Positions 54,862-64,000 of a DNA stretch of 64,000 bases are shown here, piece by piece. Within the stretch, counting starts at the first letter, position 1, and each line of letters begins with the position of its first letter. The stretch covers positions 100,348 to 164,347 of the forward strand of contig JAFHAZ010000052.1 in the NCBI GenBank assembly GCA_016939315.1, in the 5' to 3' direction. The stretch comes from Streptococcus sp. (GTDB lineage Bacteria > Bacillota > Bacilli > Lactobacillales > Streptococcaceae). Both the position numbers and the translations under genes were made by a program. Below the pieces are notes generated by a model. The model saw only the letters and a program-made list of their open reading frames with translations, searched no databases and was not told the DNA's origin.

Positions 54862-55863
54862 TTAGCTTAATGCCATGATAGCATCAATAAAAAGTTTCTT
54901 TGTGAAGTAACCGTTACTAATGAGATAGGCTGTGTGGCGAGCATTAGCCACCATCTGTGCATACTGCTCCTCGGTACATTCTTGAACGCAACGGTCTGCT
55001 TCTTCCAGACTTGAAACGACGAAGCCTAGACCATGTTCTTTGATATAGTCTGCATTTGAGAGGTAGTCAGGTACAACAACTGGGAGACCTGCGGCTAAGT
55101 AAGTAGAGAGTTTATAAGAGATGTTCATCTTATAGTAGTCAAGCTCGTCCTCTGGTCTTTCCGAATTCCCCCAGACCAGACCAAATCCTCCCTTAGATAG
55201 TTCTAGCAAAAGCTCATGTTTATTTCGCCAGCCTTCGAGGTGGACTTTGGAATAATCCTTATCCTCTTGTTTATCTGCGTAGACGTGGAGAGGGGTCGTT
55301 TGTTTCCAGTCTAAGATATGTGGGAAACGTGTTGGGTTTCCAGCAAAAATCATTTTCTTTTGGAAAGCAGGCTGGTGCAAGTCCAGACTATGAGGCAAAT
55401 CCCAAAGTTTTTGGATGATAATCTTCTCAACTGTCAGCCCTTCCTCAATTAGTCGATCACGCATCTTTTCAGATGGAACAACGACGACATCACAGAGATT
55501 GTACATGTCAATATAAGAAGACATGAGATAGTAGTTACTATCAAACATGAGAGGTGGGACGTCATGGATAAACATAACGGTCTTAGCATTAACAGCTTTG
55601 AATTTACGGAGCAATCTGCTATCCCACTCACTACCATTCCATGATGGAGACTGGAAGAAAACAATATCTCCAACACTTAATCCTGCTACAATCCCATCAA
55701 AGCGAGAATTAAGCTCTCCATCTGGCTCTTGACTACTATCATAGAAATAAATTCCTAGTTCATTAGCACCGAGCTCTCTGGCAATCTTCATGGTATCATT
55801 TTGGGCAATCAAGGCCACACTGCGTGAGGACTGGCCAAATAAATTTGTAAAATGTACGCGCAT
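54862..55863 (-). CDS. gtf3: SRRP glucosyltransferase, Gtf3/GtfC/Nss family
   Basis: ELGIY, RFDGIVAGL..GDIVFFQSPSWN, FIHDVPPLMF, GGFGLVW, YKLSTYLAAGLPV; located in the SecA2 locus. Confidence 0.85.
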   Translation of the reverse strand: MRVHFTNLFGQSSRSVALIAQNDTMKIARELGANELGIYFYDSSQEPDGELNSRFDGIVAGLSVGDIVFFQSPSWNGSEWDSRLLRKFKAVNAKTVMFIHDVPPLMFDSNYYLMSSYIDMYNLCDVVVVPSEKMRDRLIEEGLTVEKIIIQKLWDLPHSLDLHQPAFQKKMIFAGNPTRFPHILDWKQTTPLHVYADKQEDKDYSKVHLEGWRNKHELLLELSKGGFGLVWGNSERPEDELDYYKMNISYKLSTYLAAGLPVVVPDYLSNADYIKEHGLGFVVSSLEEADRCVQECTEEQYAQMVANARHTAYLISNGYFTKKLFIDAIMALS

Positions 55864-55898
55864 GACATACTTCTTTCTATTATATGGTAGGAAGTCCT

Positions 55899-56123
55899 CT
55901 ACTTATAAGAAACAATCATAAAAATAAGTAAGAGGATAAAGAGGGCTATGCTGATAGCCAAGGTCAACATTTTTCGAATCGGTTGGCTAGCCCAATAACT
56001 TGGTTTACCGATATTACTAGTGGCATCCGTTGAGAAAATCTGCGTTTGACGCGGTTGGATGGTCACTAGGACGATAAGGGCAACCGAAAGAATCACTGCT
56101 AGAACCATAAATACTAACATCAT
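55899..56123 (-). CDS. asp5: Accessory Sec protein Asp5 (SecG-like)
   Basis: 74 aa, two TMs flanking QPRQTQIFSTDATSNIGKPSYW; position after asp4. Confidence 0.88.
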   Translation of the reverse strand: MMLVFMVLAVILSVALIVLVTIQPRQTQIFSTDATSNIGKPSYWASQPIRKMLTLAISIALFILLLIFMIVSYK

Positions 56124-56127
56124 AAGA

Positions 56128-56307
56128 CTACCTCAACAAACCAATAAGGGTGAAGATCAAACCGATGATAATAACAAGTCCGAGCATGATTGAAAAGCTC
56201 TTGTTGATTTTCTCTCCTCTGGTTTCTTTTTCTTTTGTGATAGGCTTTTGCTTGAGTTCTTCCATACGGCCTTCAACGTCACCGTAGAATAAATCTTTTT
56301 TAGACAT
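56128..56307 (-). CDS. asp4: Accessory Sec protein Asp4 (SecE-like), absent from the ORF track
   Basis: 59 aa MSKKDLFYGDVEGRMEELKQKPITKEKETRGEKINKSFSIMLGLVIIIGLIFTLIGLLR; AGGAGG RBS; overlaps the gtfB stop. Confidence 0.88.
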   Translation of the reverse strand: MSKKDLFYGDVEGRMEELKQKPITKEKETRGEKINKSFSIMLGLVIIIGLIFTLIGLLR

Positions 56308-57652
56308 GATTTCCTCCTAAAAGTGATTGTAAGCGGTCGGCCAACTCAGAAGCAGTCAGAGTATTGGCTTGAGCTTTTTGAGCCTGCATAGATTCTTGCA
56401 TGGCTTGATTGTCGCTTAGGACCTGCTTAATCTTGGCAACCATAGCTGGATAGTTCTGACTGGCATAGATATGCTCTGGTGCTGTATAGACAGGTCCATG
56501 AGCTGTTTCTGAAAAGGCCAAAATCAATAATTGGTGTTCAAAGGCAGTTCGCGTCGCCTTATACAATTCATTATGATGATTGATATCCAAGTAGAGGTCA
56601 GACTCTTGATAGAGCTTGTCCAACTGCTTGTGACTAGCGTTTGGATGGAGCACAACGTTTGAATAACGCATCATTGAGAGCAATCTTGGCGACATCTCAG
56701 TGACTGCTGCAATCTGGAAGGTCACATCAGGGAGTGACTCAACCAAGACTTCCAAACGCTCAATTTGGTCTGAATTGGTTGCGATAAAGGCATTACAAGG
56801 TTTACCATGATTTTCCTTGAAGTCATAGGCATAACCAAGAGACAAAATCTTATGATGCTTGTCCTCTGGCGCCAAGGTCAAGGCCTTTTCATAAGTCGCC
56901 TTATCAGGAATGATGATGGCATTGGCTCTGGCTGAATTATCTTCCAAGATACCATTCATATTACCTGGAAGGACATCACCCAGCGGCTCTTGCCAGACAA
57001 GGACATCAGTGGCACCTTTATTTTCCATAGTCCATGAGACGATGAAAGGTGTCGCCAAGCTATTAAAGATAATGTGGTCGATATCACCAAAGACCTGAGC
57101 TAGAAAAGCTTTGATAAATTCGGTACGGTTGGCGAAACGACGAAGGGCTTGTCCTGGTAAGGTCAAGAGAATATCACCGGTGAGATGATTTTCCAAGATA
57201 CGTTCGTCGCCTTCTTTGGTTTGGTAGCTGGTAAAGAGTGCCTGACCATTCTCATCATGAGTGGTCTTGGCAAAGCAGAAACCGTACTTGTTATAGTGGT
57301 CCACTTGACGAATTTTACCTGACTTGTCCAACCATTCGACACTTTTGACAATACGTGCCTTGCTACCTTCAGGGTAGGTGATGCGAGCACGTTCTTCAGT
57401 GAGGTTAGACACACGCGCCATTTGATTGTTCCCTGAAATTTCCCAAAAGGCTGGCACAGGAACTTGATTGAAAAAGCGTGGTATGCCAGTTTCCTCTACT
57501 GCTTCCACATAGTAGGTGAAAGGAGAGAGAGCTCCTTGAGGGAGGAATCCATCTGGATTGATGACAACTGTTGTGACATCGTAGCCTGATGCCTGAAGTG
57601 AGTAAGCTAGATCCTTACTGGCTTGATTGTAGTAATCACATAAGAATATCAT
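56300..57652 (-). CDS. gtfB: Accessory Sec glycosylation chaperone GtfB
   Basis: DGFLP, PRFFNQVPVPAFWEI, DHYNKYGF, TNSDQIE, AAVTEMSPRL, YLDINH. Confidence 0.92.
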   Translation of the reverse strand: MIFLCDYYNQASKDLAYSLQASGYDVTTVVINPDGFLPQGALSPFTYYVEAVEETGIPRFFNQVPVPAFWEISGNNQMARVSNLTEERARITYPEGSKARIVKSVEWLDKSGKIRQVDHYNKYGFCFAKTTHDENGQALFTSYQTKEGDERILENHLTGDILLTLPGQALRRFANRTEFIKAFLAQVFGDIDHIIFNSLATPFIVSWTMENKGATDVLVWQEPLGDVLPGNMNGILEDNSARANAIIIPDKATYEKALTLAPEDKHHKILSLGYAYDFKENHGKPCNAFIATNSDQIERLEVLVESLPDVTFQIAAVTEMSPRLLSMMRYSNVVLHPNASHKQLDKLYQESDLYLDINHHNELYKATRTAFEHQLLILAFSETAHGPVYTAPEHIYASQNYPAMVAKIKQVLSDNQAMQESMQAQKAQANTLTASELADRLQSLLGGNHV

Positions 57653-59157
57653 GAGCGTACCTCCTCAAGTAACTGTTTCCAAGCTGCCTTGACTTGACTA
57701 GTCAAGAAGCCTTTGGCAAGGTCATAAGATTTTTGACGCATGGCCTCGATATTACCTTCTTCGTAGAGACGGACAATGGCATCCTTATAAGACTTGGTGA
57801 TAACATCCACAACATGATTTTCAGCGACAGGGAGCAGATAACCGTTGGCCCCATCTTGAATAAAGGTTTGATTCCCGTAAGGAACGTCAAATCCAATCAT
57901 CGGAAGACCTGAGCCAACTGCCTCCATAAGAGTAAGTCCAAAACCTTCGCTAGTTGAAGCGGTCAGATAGACCTCGTACTGGCTATAAATGTCAGTCAAG
58001 TCAGCGTGTCCCATGAGTCTGATATAGTCGCCAGCTTGAGCTTCGACAATAATCTCACGCAACTTGGCATCCATGCTACCACTACCGTAGATATCAAAAG
58101 TGATATCTGGTAGAGCCTTATGAACCTCAATCACGGCACGAACTAACCAGTCAATGTGTTTTTCCTGAGCCAAACGTGAGGCCGTAATCATTGAGAATGG
58201 CTTACGTGTCTTGTCTTGTCCAACCAATTCAGGTAGACTTCCCACCGGAATGGTGTAAATCTTTGGATCATGGTTGGTGTAGCGACGGAATTGTTCCTGT
58301 AAGATTTCCTTCTGACGATCAGTCGCTACGATAAAGAAATCAACCTTGTCCGCATTGGTAAATTGGTACTCGTAATAGTTATTCCAGAGAATGTAGTTGT
58401 CATCAGTTTGATTGACACTAAAATGTTCAGCGTGAACAACGACACCTAGGCGAGCAGCCTGTGCTTCTTCAAAGACCAACTGACCAATACCTGTTTCACG
58501 GTCCAAAATGACCACATCATCCTTGGTTAGGGCCAGACGTTTGAAGAAATAGCGAAGAAATTCTTGCTTACCATAGAGAACCTGATCAGGGAAACGATAG
58601 ATATCCTGATTATTGTCTCCTACAATCATGTCATAGGCTGTAGACCCATCTTCGTTATAAAAACGACGTTGGTAAACCTTGGCTTGATTGTCCTTAGGCG
58701 CAGAATACTCACTGCAATAACGGGTGTAAGAGTAAAAGTCCTTGCGCAAGAGCTTGTCGTTGACAAAATAGCTCACGGTTTCCACAGCATCTTCGTCAAC
58801 CGCACGAAGGTTACATGCCACCACCATATCATCTTGTGGATAATGGTAACGAATGAGGCGACCAGCAACTTCCTTGCGCTCAGGATTGGCAGGTAAGATG
58901 GCCTCGATTTCTGCTAGACTGATGGTCGATGGCGCAATCTTCACATCTGTAAAATAACTATAGAGCCAGATGATTTCGTCGTCTGAAAAACCAATCTTGC
59001 TAGTCATATGCTCGATATTATCTCCAAGGATGAGATCCATAAAGACAAATTTTGCCTCTTGTCCCATTTCCCTGAAAATCTTGGCACGGTAGGCCTGGGC
59101 ATATTCGACACCACTGCTGGCCCAACCGATACCTAAATTAATGTTATATACTGTCAT
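57649..59157 (-). CDS. gtfA: Accessory Sec O-GlcNAc transferase GtfA
   Basis: MTVYNINLGIGWASSGVEYAQAYR, VVHAEHF, ASRLAQEKH, STSEGFGLTLMEA. Confidence 0.95.
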   Translation of the reverse strand: MTVYNINLGIGWASSGVEYAQAYRAKIFREMGQEAKFVFMDLILGDNIEHMTSKIGFSDDEIIWLYSYFTDVKIAPSTISLAEIEAILPANPERKEVAGRLIRYHYPQDDMVVACNLRAVDEDAVETVSYFVNDKLLRKDFYSYTRYCSEYSAPKDNQAKVYQRRFYNEDGSTAYDMIVGDNNQDIYRFPDQVLYGKQEFLRYFFKRLALTKDDVVILDRETGIGQLVFEEAQAARLGVVVHAEHFSVNQTDDNYILWNNYYEYQFTNADKVDFFIVATDRQKEILQEQFRRYTNHDPKIYTIPVGSLPELVGQDKTRKPFSMITASRLAQEKHIDWLVRAVIEVHKALPDITFDIYGSGSMDAKLREIIVEAQAGDYIRLMGHADLTDIYSQYEVYLTASTSEGFGLTLMEAVGSGLPMIGFDVPYGNQTFIQDGANGYLLPVAENHVVDVITKSYKDAIVRLYEEGNIEAMRQKSYDLAKGFLTSQVKAAWKQLLEEVRS

Positions 59158-59169
59158 AATTTCCTTATT

Positions 59170-61545
59170 TTATGGGAAATGGCTGATGATATCTCCTTTT
59201 TTAGTGACTTGCACCTGACTAAGGAGAAGATTACGAACCATATCCTTTCTGATTTGACGTTTCATGGCTTCAAAGCCCTTGTAAGCCTCTTGGTAATATT
59301 CGACAATCGGGTTCTTTTGACTGAGTTGTTGGCTACCAATGGCCATCTGAAGTTGTTGCAGATAGTCTACCTGCTCCACCCAGTTGTCATCCACAGCCTT
59401 AAGCATGGATAGGCGTTGGAAATACTCGTTAAGTTCCTTGGTTTTCAACTCCTGCTTCTTAGCATCAAGTTCACGATAGGCAAACTGGTAGATGAGTTCC
59501 AAGACTTCCTCACGATTGTTGAGATCCAAATCCTTAGGAATTTCATTGATGCGGAAGCTGATATTACGCAAGATAAAGTGATAAAGATTTTCCGCTTTTG
59601 TGAAATCCTCCTCAGCCATAGCCTGGTCGATAAAGTCATCAAGAACCTCGTCGATAACAGTGTCCAAGCCTTGATTGTGATAGATGAGGCGGTCACGTTG
59701 CGCGTAGATCATCTCACGTTGGATGTTCATACTTTCTGCAAATTCAAGAGTCTGACGACGTGAGGTACGACCAGAACTTTCACTGGCTTCTTGGGCTTTT
59801 TCAACCAATTTACGATACTTACGGCCTGTCAATTCCTTAGGCTCGATGTGATCACTAATGGCGTATTCTTTGTAAGTACGGTGAACCCAAGATGGACCGT
59901 ATTTCTTAATCACATCGTCTTCAAGTGAGACGAAGAATTTAGACATACCAGGGTCTCCCTGACGTCCAGAACGGCCACGAATTTGCAAGTCAATACGTTG
60001 ACTTTCCATACGTTCCGTACCGATTACGACCAATCCACCCAGTTCAGCTACGCCCTTGCCGAGCTTGATATCTGTTCCACGTCCAGCCATTGAAGTCGCA
60101 ACTGTCACGGCACCCATTTGTCCTGATTCAGCAATCATCTCAGCCTCTCGAGGTGCATTGTTGGCATTTAGGAGGTTATGAGCAATCCCCTCACGCAAAA
60201 GTAAAGAAGAGTAAAGCTCTGACATTTCCACCGAACCAACGAAAATCAAGATAGGATTGCCTTTTTCATGATAATGCTTAACATACTCTAAAGAAGCAAA
60301 GACCTTCTCTGGCAGAGTCGCATAAATCTTATCTGGATAGTCGATACGTTGTTTCTTACGGTTGGTTGGAATTTGAATGACCTTCATACCATAGGTATCG
60401 AGAAATTCTTTTTCCGCAACCTTACCAGTACCAGTCATCCCTGAAATTTTCTTGAATTTTTTAAAGAGACTTTGGTAGGTGATAGAAGCCATGGCTCTGG
60501 TTTCTTGTGACAAGGCCACTAATTCCTTGGCTTCGATGGCTTGATGGAGTCCACCTTGGAGCTTGGTCAATTCCAAGAGACGACCTGTCGATTTATCAAG
60601 AAGGACCACTTCTGGCCCTTTCTTACCATCACGAATGATGTAGTCCTTGTCCTTTTTATAGAGCAAGTGGGCACGAAGTGAGAAGAGCAAATGACGGGCA
60701 AAGGTACTATTTTCCTCATCGTAGAGGTTGCCGATACCGAGGTAGTTTTCAGCAGCCTTGGAACCCTTAGTGGTCAACCAAACTTCACCTTTTTCCTCTT
60801 TGAAGATGTAGTCTTCACCCTCGACCAAGGTGGTCATAAGCGTATCCATCATTCCATAGTAGTTGGACTGAACACGGGGCGCACCAGAAATAATCAAGGG
60901 CGTCTGGGCACTATCAAGAAGGACAGAGTCTACCTCATCGACGATAGCATAGTTAAAAGGACGCATGTATTTCCCGTCTTGGTTAGAAGCAAGGTTATCA
61001 ATCAAATAGTCAAAGCCTAAGCTAGAATTGGTCGTGTAAACGATGTCTGATTGATAGATAGCACGCTTTTCTGCCGGTTCCATCTCATTGCTGCCTTCCA
61101 CACAGGGAACACCAATCGTCAAACCTAGGAACTCGTAGACCTGCCCCATTTCTTCGGCGTCACGGATTGCCAAGTATTCATTGGTCGTAACCAGAATAGC
61201 CCCTTCACCTGACAGGGCATTAAGGTAGACTGGCATGGTAGCCGTCAAGGTCTTCCCCTCACCGGTATTCATCTCAGCAATATGGCCTTGGTGCATGACA
61301 ATGCCCCCCATGACCTGAACATCATAAGGGAACATGCCTAGCACGCGCTTATCGGCTTCACGAACAACCGCAAAGGCTTCTGGTAGGAGATCGTCCAAAC
61401 TTTCTCCTTGAGCCAAACGCTCCTTAAATTCCTGCGTTTTATTTTTCAACTCAAGGTTGCTCAAACCAGCCATTTCATCGGCTAGGCCGTTAATTTCCTT
61501 GAGTATCTCCTTAACAGGGAGAATAGGATTCAGTTGTTTAAACAT
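59170..61545 (-). CDS. secA2: Accessory translocase ATPase SecA2
   Basis: [43 protein letters not shown]; 791 aa, shorter than canonical SecA; asp/gtf context. Confidence 0.96.
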   Translation of the reverse strand: MFKQLNPILPVKEILKEINGLADEMAGLSNLELKNKTQEFKERLAQGESLDDLLPEAFAVVREADKRVLGMFPYDVQVMGGIVMHQGHIAEMNTGEGKTLTATMPVYLNALSGEGAILVTTNEYLAIRDAEEMGQVYEFLGLTIGVPCVEGSNEMEPAEKRAIYQSDIVYTTNSSLGFDYLIDNLASNQDGKYMRPFNYAIVDEVDSVLLDSAQTPLIISGAPRVQSNYYGMMDTLMTTLVEGEDYIFKEEKGEVWLTTKGSKAAENYLGIGNLYDEENSTFARHLLFSLRAHLLYKKDKDYIIRDGKKGPEVVLLDKSTGRLLELTKLQGGLHQAIEAKELVALSQETRAMASITYQSLFKKFKKISGMTGTGKVAEKEFLDTYGMKVIQIPTNRKKQRIDYPDKIYATLPEKVFASLEYVKHYHEKGNPILIFVGSVEMSELYSSLLLREGIAHNLLNANNAPREAEMIAESGQMGAVTVATSMAGRGTDIKLGKGVAELGGLVVIGTERMESQRIDLQIRGRSGRQGDPGMSKFFVSLEDDVIKKYGPSWVHRTYKEYAISDHIEPKELTGRKYRKLVEKAQEASESSGRTSRRQTLEFAESMNIQREMIYAQRDRLIYHNQGLDTVIDEVLDDFIDQAMAEEDFTKAENLYHFILRNISFRINEIPKDLDLNNREEVLELIYQFAYRELDAKKQELKTKELNEYFQRLSMLKAVDDNWVEQVDYLQQLQMAIGSQQLSQKNPIVEYYQEAYKGFEAMKRQIRKDMVRNLLLSQVQVTKKGDIISHFP

Positions 61546-61984
61546 GTTCTTCTCCTGTTTCTTCCAGTTTTAAGTTGTAGAAATCTAGCTCTTTGACCCC
61601 AGCACTCAAGAGGGAAATACGGTAGGTATAGGCCTCGTGAGGGTATACGAAGGTCATGTGGGTACTTTTTTCAATGAGCTGTTTAATTTCATTGTCATAA
61701 CGGTCCAAAAAGCTGACTTTCAAAAAGACTGAGCCTGTTGGGACAGCTTCGAGATTGGCCGTCAAATCATAACTGTGCTCCTTTTTCAAAAGTGGGAGGG
61801 CAGGCTGAGTACGACCAGCTTGATAGTTTTGGATAGCCACCCAAGACTGGATTTCCGTTCCTGATGGCACCAAAGGATTGTAAAATTGCACAGAACCATC
61901 TTGGCGTTTAACAATTTTTGAACCATACATGTAGGCTTTGTGGTTTAAGCCCCACAAGATTTCTGATTTCTTGTTTCTGAACAT
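61538..61984 (-). CDS. asp3: Accessory Sec protein Asp3
   Basis: [46 protein letters not shown]. Confidence 0.9.
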   Translation of the reverse strand: MFRNKKSEILWGLNHKAYMYGSKIVKRQDGSVQFYNPLVPSGTEIQSWVAIQNYQAGRTQPALPLLKKEHSYDLTANLEAVPTGSVFLKVSFLDRYDNEIKQLIEKSTHMTFVYPHEAYTYRISLLSAGVKELDFYNLKLEETGEEHV

Positions 61985-61986
61985 TC

Positions 61987-63525
61987 TTACTCCTTCCTTC
62001 CAAAATCATTTTCTAAAATCATACGGTAAAAATTAACAAACCAAGTTGTCGCCGTATAAGAATCATCGTTGTGTCGTCCTGACGTTCCCTTGCTGAGAAT
62101 CTTAGCCCCTGAGTAATAGAGAGACTTGGTAATGTCCTCGTAGGCCGTCGGATCCATATCCTCGTCTTTCATGTAGGAAAGACCAAAAGTTGTATTTGAG
62201 AAGTCTGCTTTTTCAAATTTATCCCAGAACTTCTGATTAAGGGCCTCGACACCTTCATTATCCAGGCGTCCTGTCTGCAAATGCAAGACATCAATTCCTG
62301 TTGGAAAGACCTCTGGCGCCAAGAGTCTGGCACGATTACCGATAGTACCAACATTAGCTAGAGGCTTAGACATGATGATGGCATGAGGCTCAAAGTCCGC
62401 ACCATAGTACATAGATGGGAAGGTTCCCATGGACATTCCTGAGAGAATGAGCTGACTATTGTCAAAACCTAGGTAGTCCAAATAATGTTGGATGGTGTCT
62501 TTGATGCTATTTTCAAGCTCTTCAGTTCCCATATAGAAGGCTCCCCCTTGGAGACGAGGGTCCGAAAAGAGCAAGAATGGCGTTCCCATCCCCTTCATCA
62601 TTCCGAAACCTTCGAAACCTTCGGCAGGACGGAAACCTGAGAAGTAAACTGACAAAGGTGGCTTGAAGTCCCCAGGATAAAAGAAATAGTTGATTTCCTG
62701 ACGCTTGCTGTCGTGGAGAATACCACCACCAAGTACAAATTTACCGAATTGGAAACGGGTTAAACGTTGGTGGAGACCACCAATTGTAATCTTACCTTTA
62801 CCCTTCATTTCAAGACTAGCAGCCAAGAGGAAGGTCATGTCCTCATCAAGGACAATGGCTCCCTTGCGCATTTCTTCTTCTGAAACGATATAGGTCTTAA
62901 AAATACCTGCGACCGAACCTTCTGGCAAAAGATTGAGAATCAAACGACACTCGCAAGTCTCCTCTTTTTCAAATTCCAACCAAAGCTCGATAGGATTTTC
63001 CTTGCTGGCTCTGACATTATAGGTCCAGTCCAAGACAGGACTAAAATCTTGACCATAATCACCTTTTAAAATGATATTTTCATGACCGTGGTAGGTCACG
63101 TCACCAGTAAAATTTGGGTTAACCTGGGTAGTGAAAGGAGACATCTTATCCCCGTATTGGCCTGAAAAGAGTGCTTTTGAAAGGGTGAAGAGTAACTGTC
63201 CTTGATTTGAAAAATCAGTCGGCACAGCACAAACTTCCTTCAGAAACTGAAGGAGGCTCTCATCTGGCACTTCAATCATTTGATCAAAGAAAATAGTGTG
63301 AGGAATCAAATACTCTTTAATAGCCATCAATTCCTCAAGACCTTCAAGACTGTCCACAATAACCGCTGTAAAAGCCTTGATTTCGTCTTCTTCGATGGTT
63401 TCTTGTAAGGTCTCAAGCTGACCAAGATTGCAATAATACCATTTCATATTTTCAGGAATATCCTGATTTTCTGACCAGTTGGATGATCCAACTTGTAGTA
63501 TCTTCAGACGATTATCCTTGGCCAT
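61987..63525 (-). CDS. asp2: Accessory Sec protein Asp2 (O-acetyltransferase)
   Basis: PGDFKPPLSVYFSGFRPAEGFEG, GMSMGT nucleophile motif, GRHND. Confidence 0.92.
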   Translation of the reverse strand: MAKDNRLKILQVGSSNWSENQDIPENMKWYYCNLGQLETLQETIEEDEIKAFTAVIVDSLEGLEELMAIKEYLIPHTIFFDQMIEVPDESLLQFLKEVCAVPTDFSNQGQLLFTLSKALFSGQYGDKMSPFTTQVNPNFTGDVTYHGHENIILKGDYGQDFSPVLDWTYNVRASKENPIELWLEFEKEETCECRLILNLLPEGSVAGIFKTYIVSEEEMRKGAIVLDEDMTFLLAASLEMKGKGKITIGGLHQRLTRFQFGKFVLGGGILHDSKRQEINYFFYPGDFKPPLSVYFSGFRPAEGFEGFGMMKGMGTPFLLFSDPRLQGGAFYMGTEELENSIKDTIQHYLDYLGFDNSQLILSGMSMGTFPSMYYGADFEPHAIIMSKPLANVGTIGNRARLLAPEVFPTGIDVLHLQTGRLDNEGVEALNQKFWDKFEKADFSNTTFGLSYMKDEDMDPTAYEDITKSLYYSGAKILSKGTSGRHNDDSYTATTWFVNFYRMILENDFGRKE

Positions 63526-64000
63526 TCTGCTCCTCCTTCAACCAATTTTCCCATTTTTGCACCAAACGGTCTCCTGTATTTTCCTTAATTTTCTCAATAG
63601 AGTAGATAAGGGAACGGTTCCAGTTGTTCAACTGTCCCAAATAGTAGTAAGCCCCTTTTTCAAAATCGGACAAGTGTTTCAAGATATAACCATTCTCTTG
63701 GTGGGTCACATACTCAGACGCCACACGGTTAATTTGTGGAATACCAGCACTAATTCCAGCAATCTGTGTATAACGATTAGGTTCCTTGCTCAAGTCGACA
63801 ATGAGGCGTGTAAACTGAAGGGCCTTGATAAGGGCAGTCTCGTCACGCAGGTCTTGGAAAGAAAATCGGCTGACGATTTCATTATTTTCTTCCAATTTAT
63901 TTTCTGCACCACTACTTTCGACAACCTCTTCAAAGGCATCTGGACTCAATCGTTCTTCAATCATTTTTTCCACTTGATTTTGCAGGCTACCAAGTTGCTC
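63512..64000 (-). CDS. asp1: Accessory Sec protein Asp1, 5'-truncated by the window edge
   Basis: Frame open to base 64000; RLIVDLSKEPNRYTQIAGISAGIPQIN, YVTHQENGYI; overlaps asp2. Confidence 0.9.
   Translation of the reverse strand, partial: EQLGSLQNQVEKMIEERLSPDAFEEVVESSGAENKLEENNEIVSRFSFQDLRDETALIKALQFTRLIVDLSKEPNRYTQIAGISAGIPQINRVASEYVTHQENGYILKHLSDFEKGAYYYLGQLNNWNRSLIYSIEKIKENTGDRLVQKWENWLKEEQNGQG

Overview
Chromosomal window of a low-GC Gram-positive coccus, most likely the Streptococcus salivarius group (inferred from a GtfL-like GH70 glucansucrase and an accessory SecA2 locus with several serine-rich repeat proteins). It is a surface/biofilm and stress-tolerance region. From left to right: (1) three tandem non-catalytic glucan/cell-wall-binding repeat genes; both intergenic gaps carry a near-identical, unannotated CiaR-type small RNA gene (CiaR-like box, -10, anti-SD/anti-AUG tract, terminator). 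(2) An orphan protein with four apparent HTH-like units. (3) An mleS-mleP-mprF cluster with divergent XRE and LysR (mleR) genes. (4) A CAAX protease, MarR-MFS pair and sugar O-acetyltransferase. (5) An AT-rich island with a SpaRK-like two-component system, a three-gene ABC transporter and a decayed ABC-exporter fragment. (6) A Mub-repeat protein lacking normal targeting signals. (7) The glucansucrase. (8) Three tandem SRRP adhesins with different binding regions (tandem Siglec/Unique-like, PsrP-like, and an unrecognised region plus C-terminal MucBP-like repeats). (9) gtf3, asp5, asp4, gtfB, gtfA, secA2, asp3, asp2 and partial asp1. No rRNA, tRNA, CRISPR, IS or integrase was seen. All family calls come from motif recognition by eye, not database searches.
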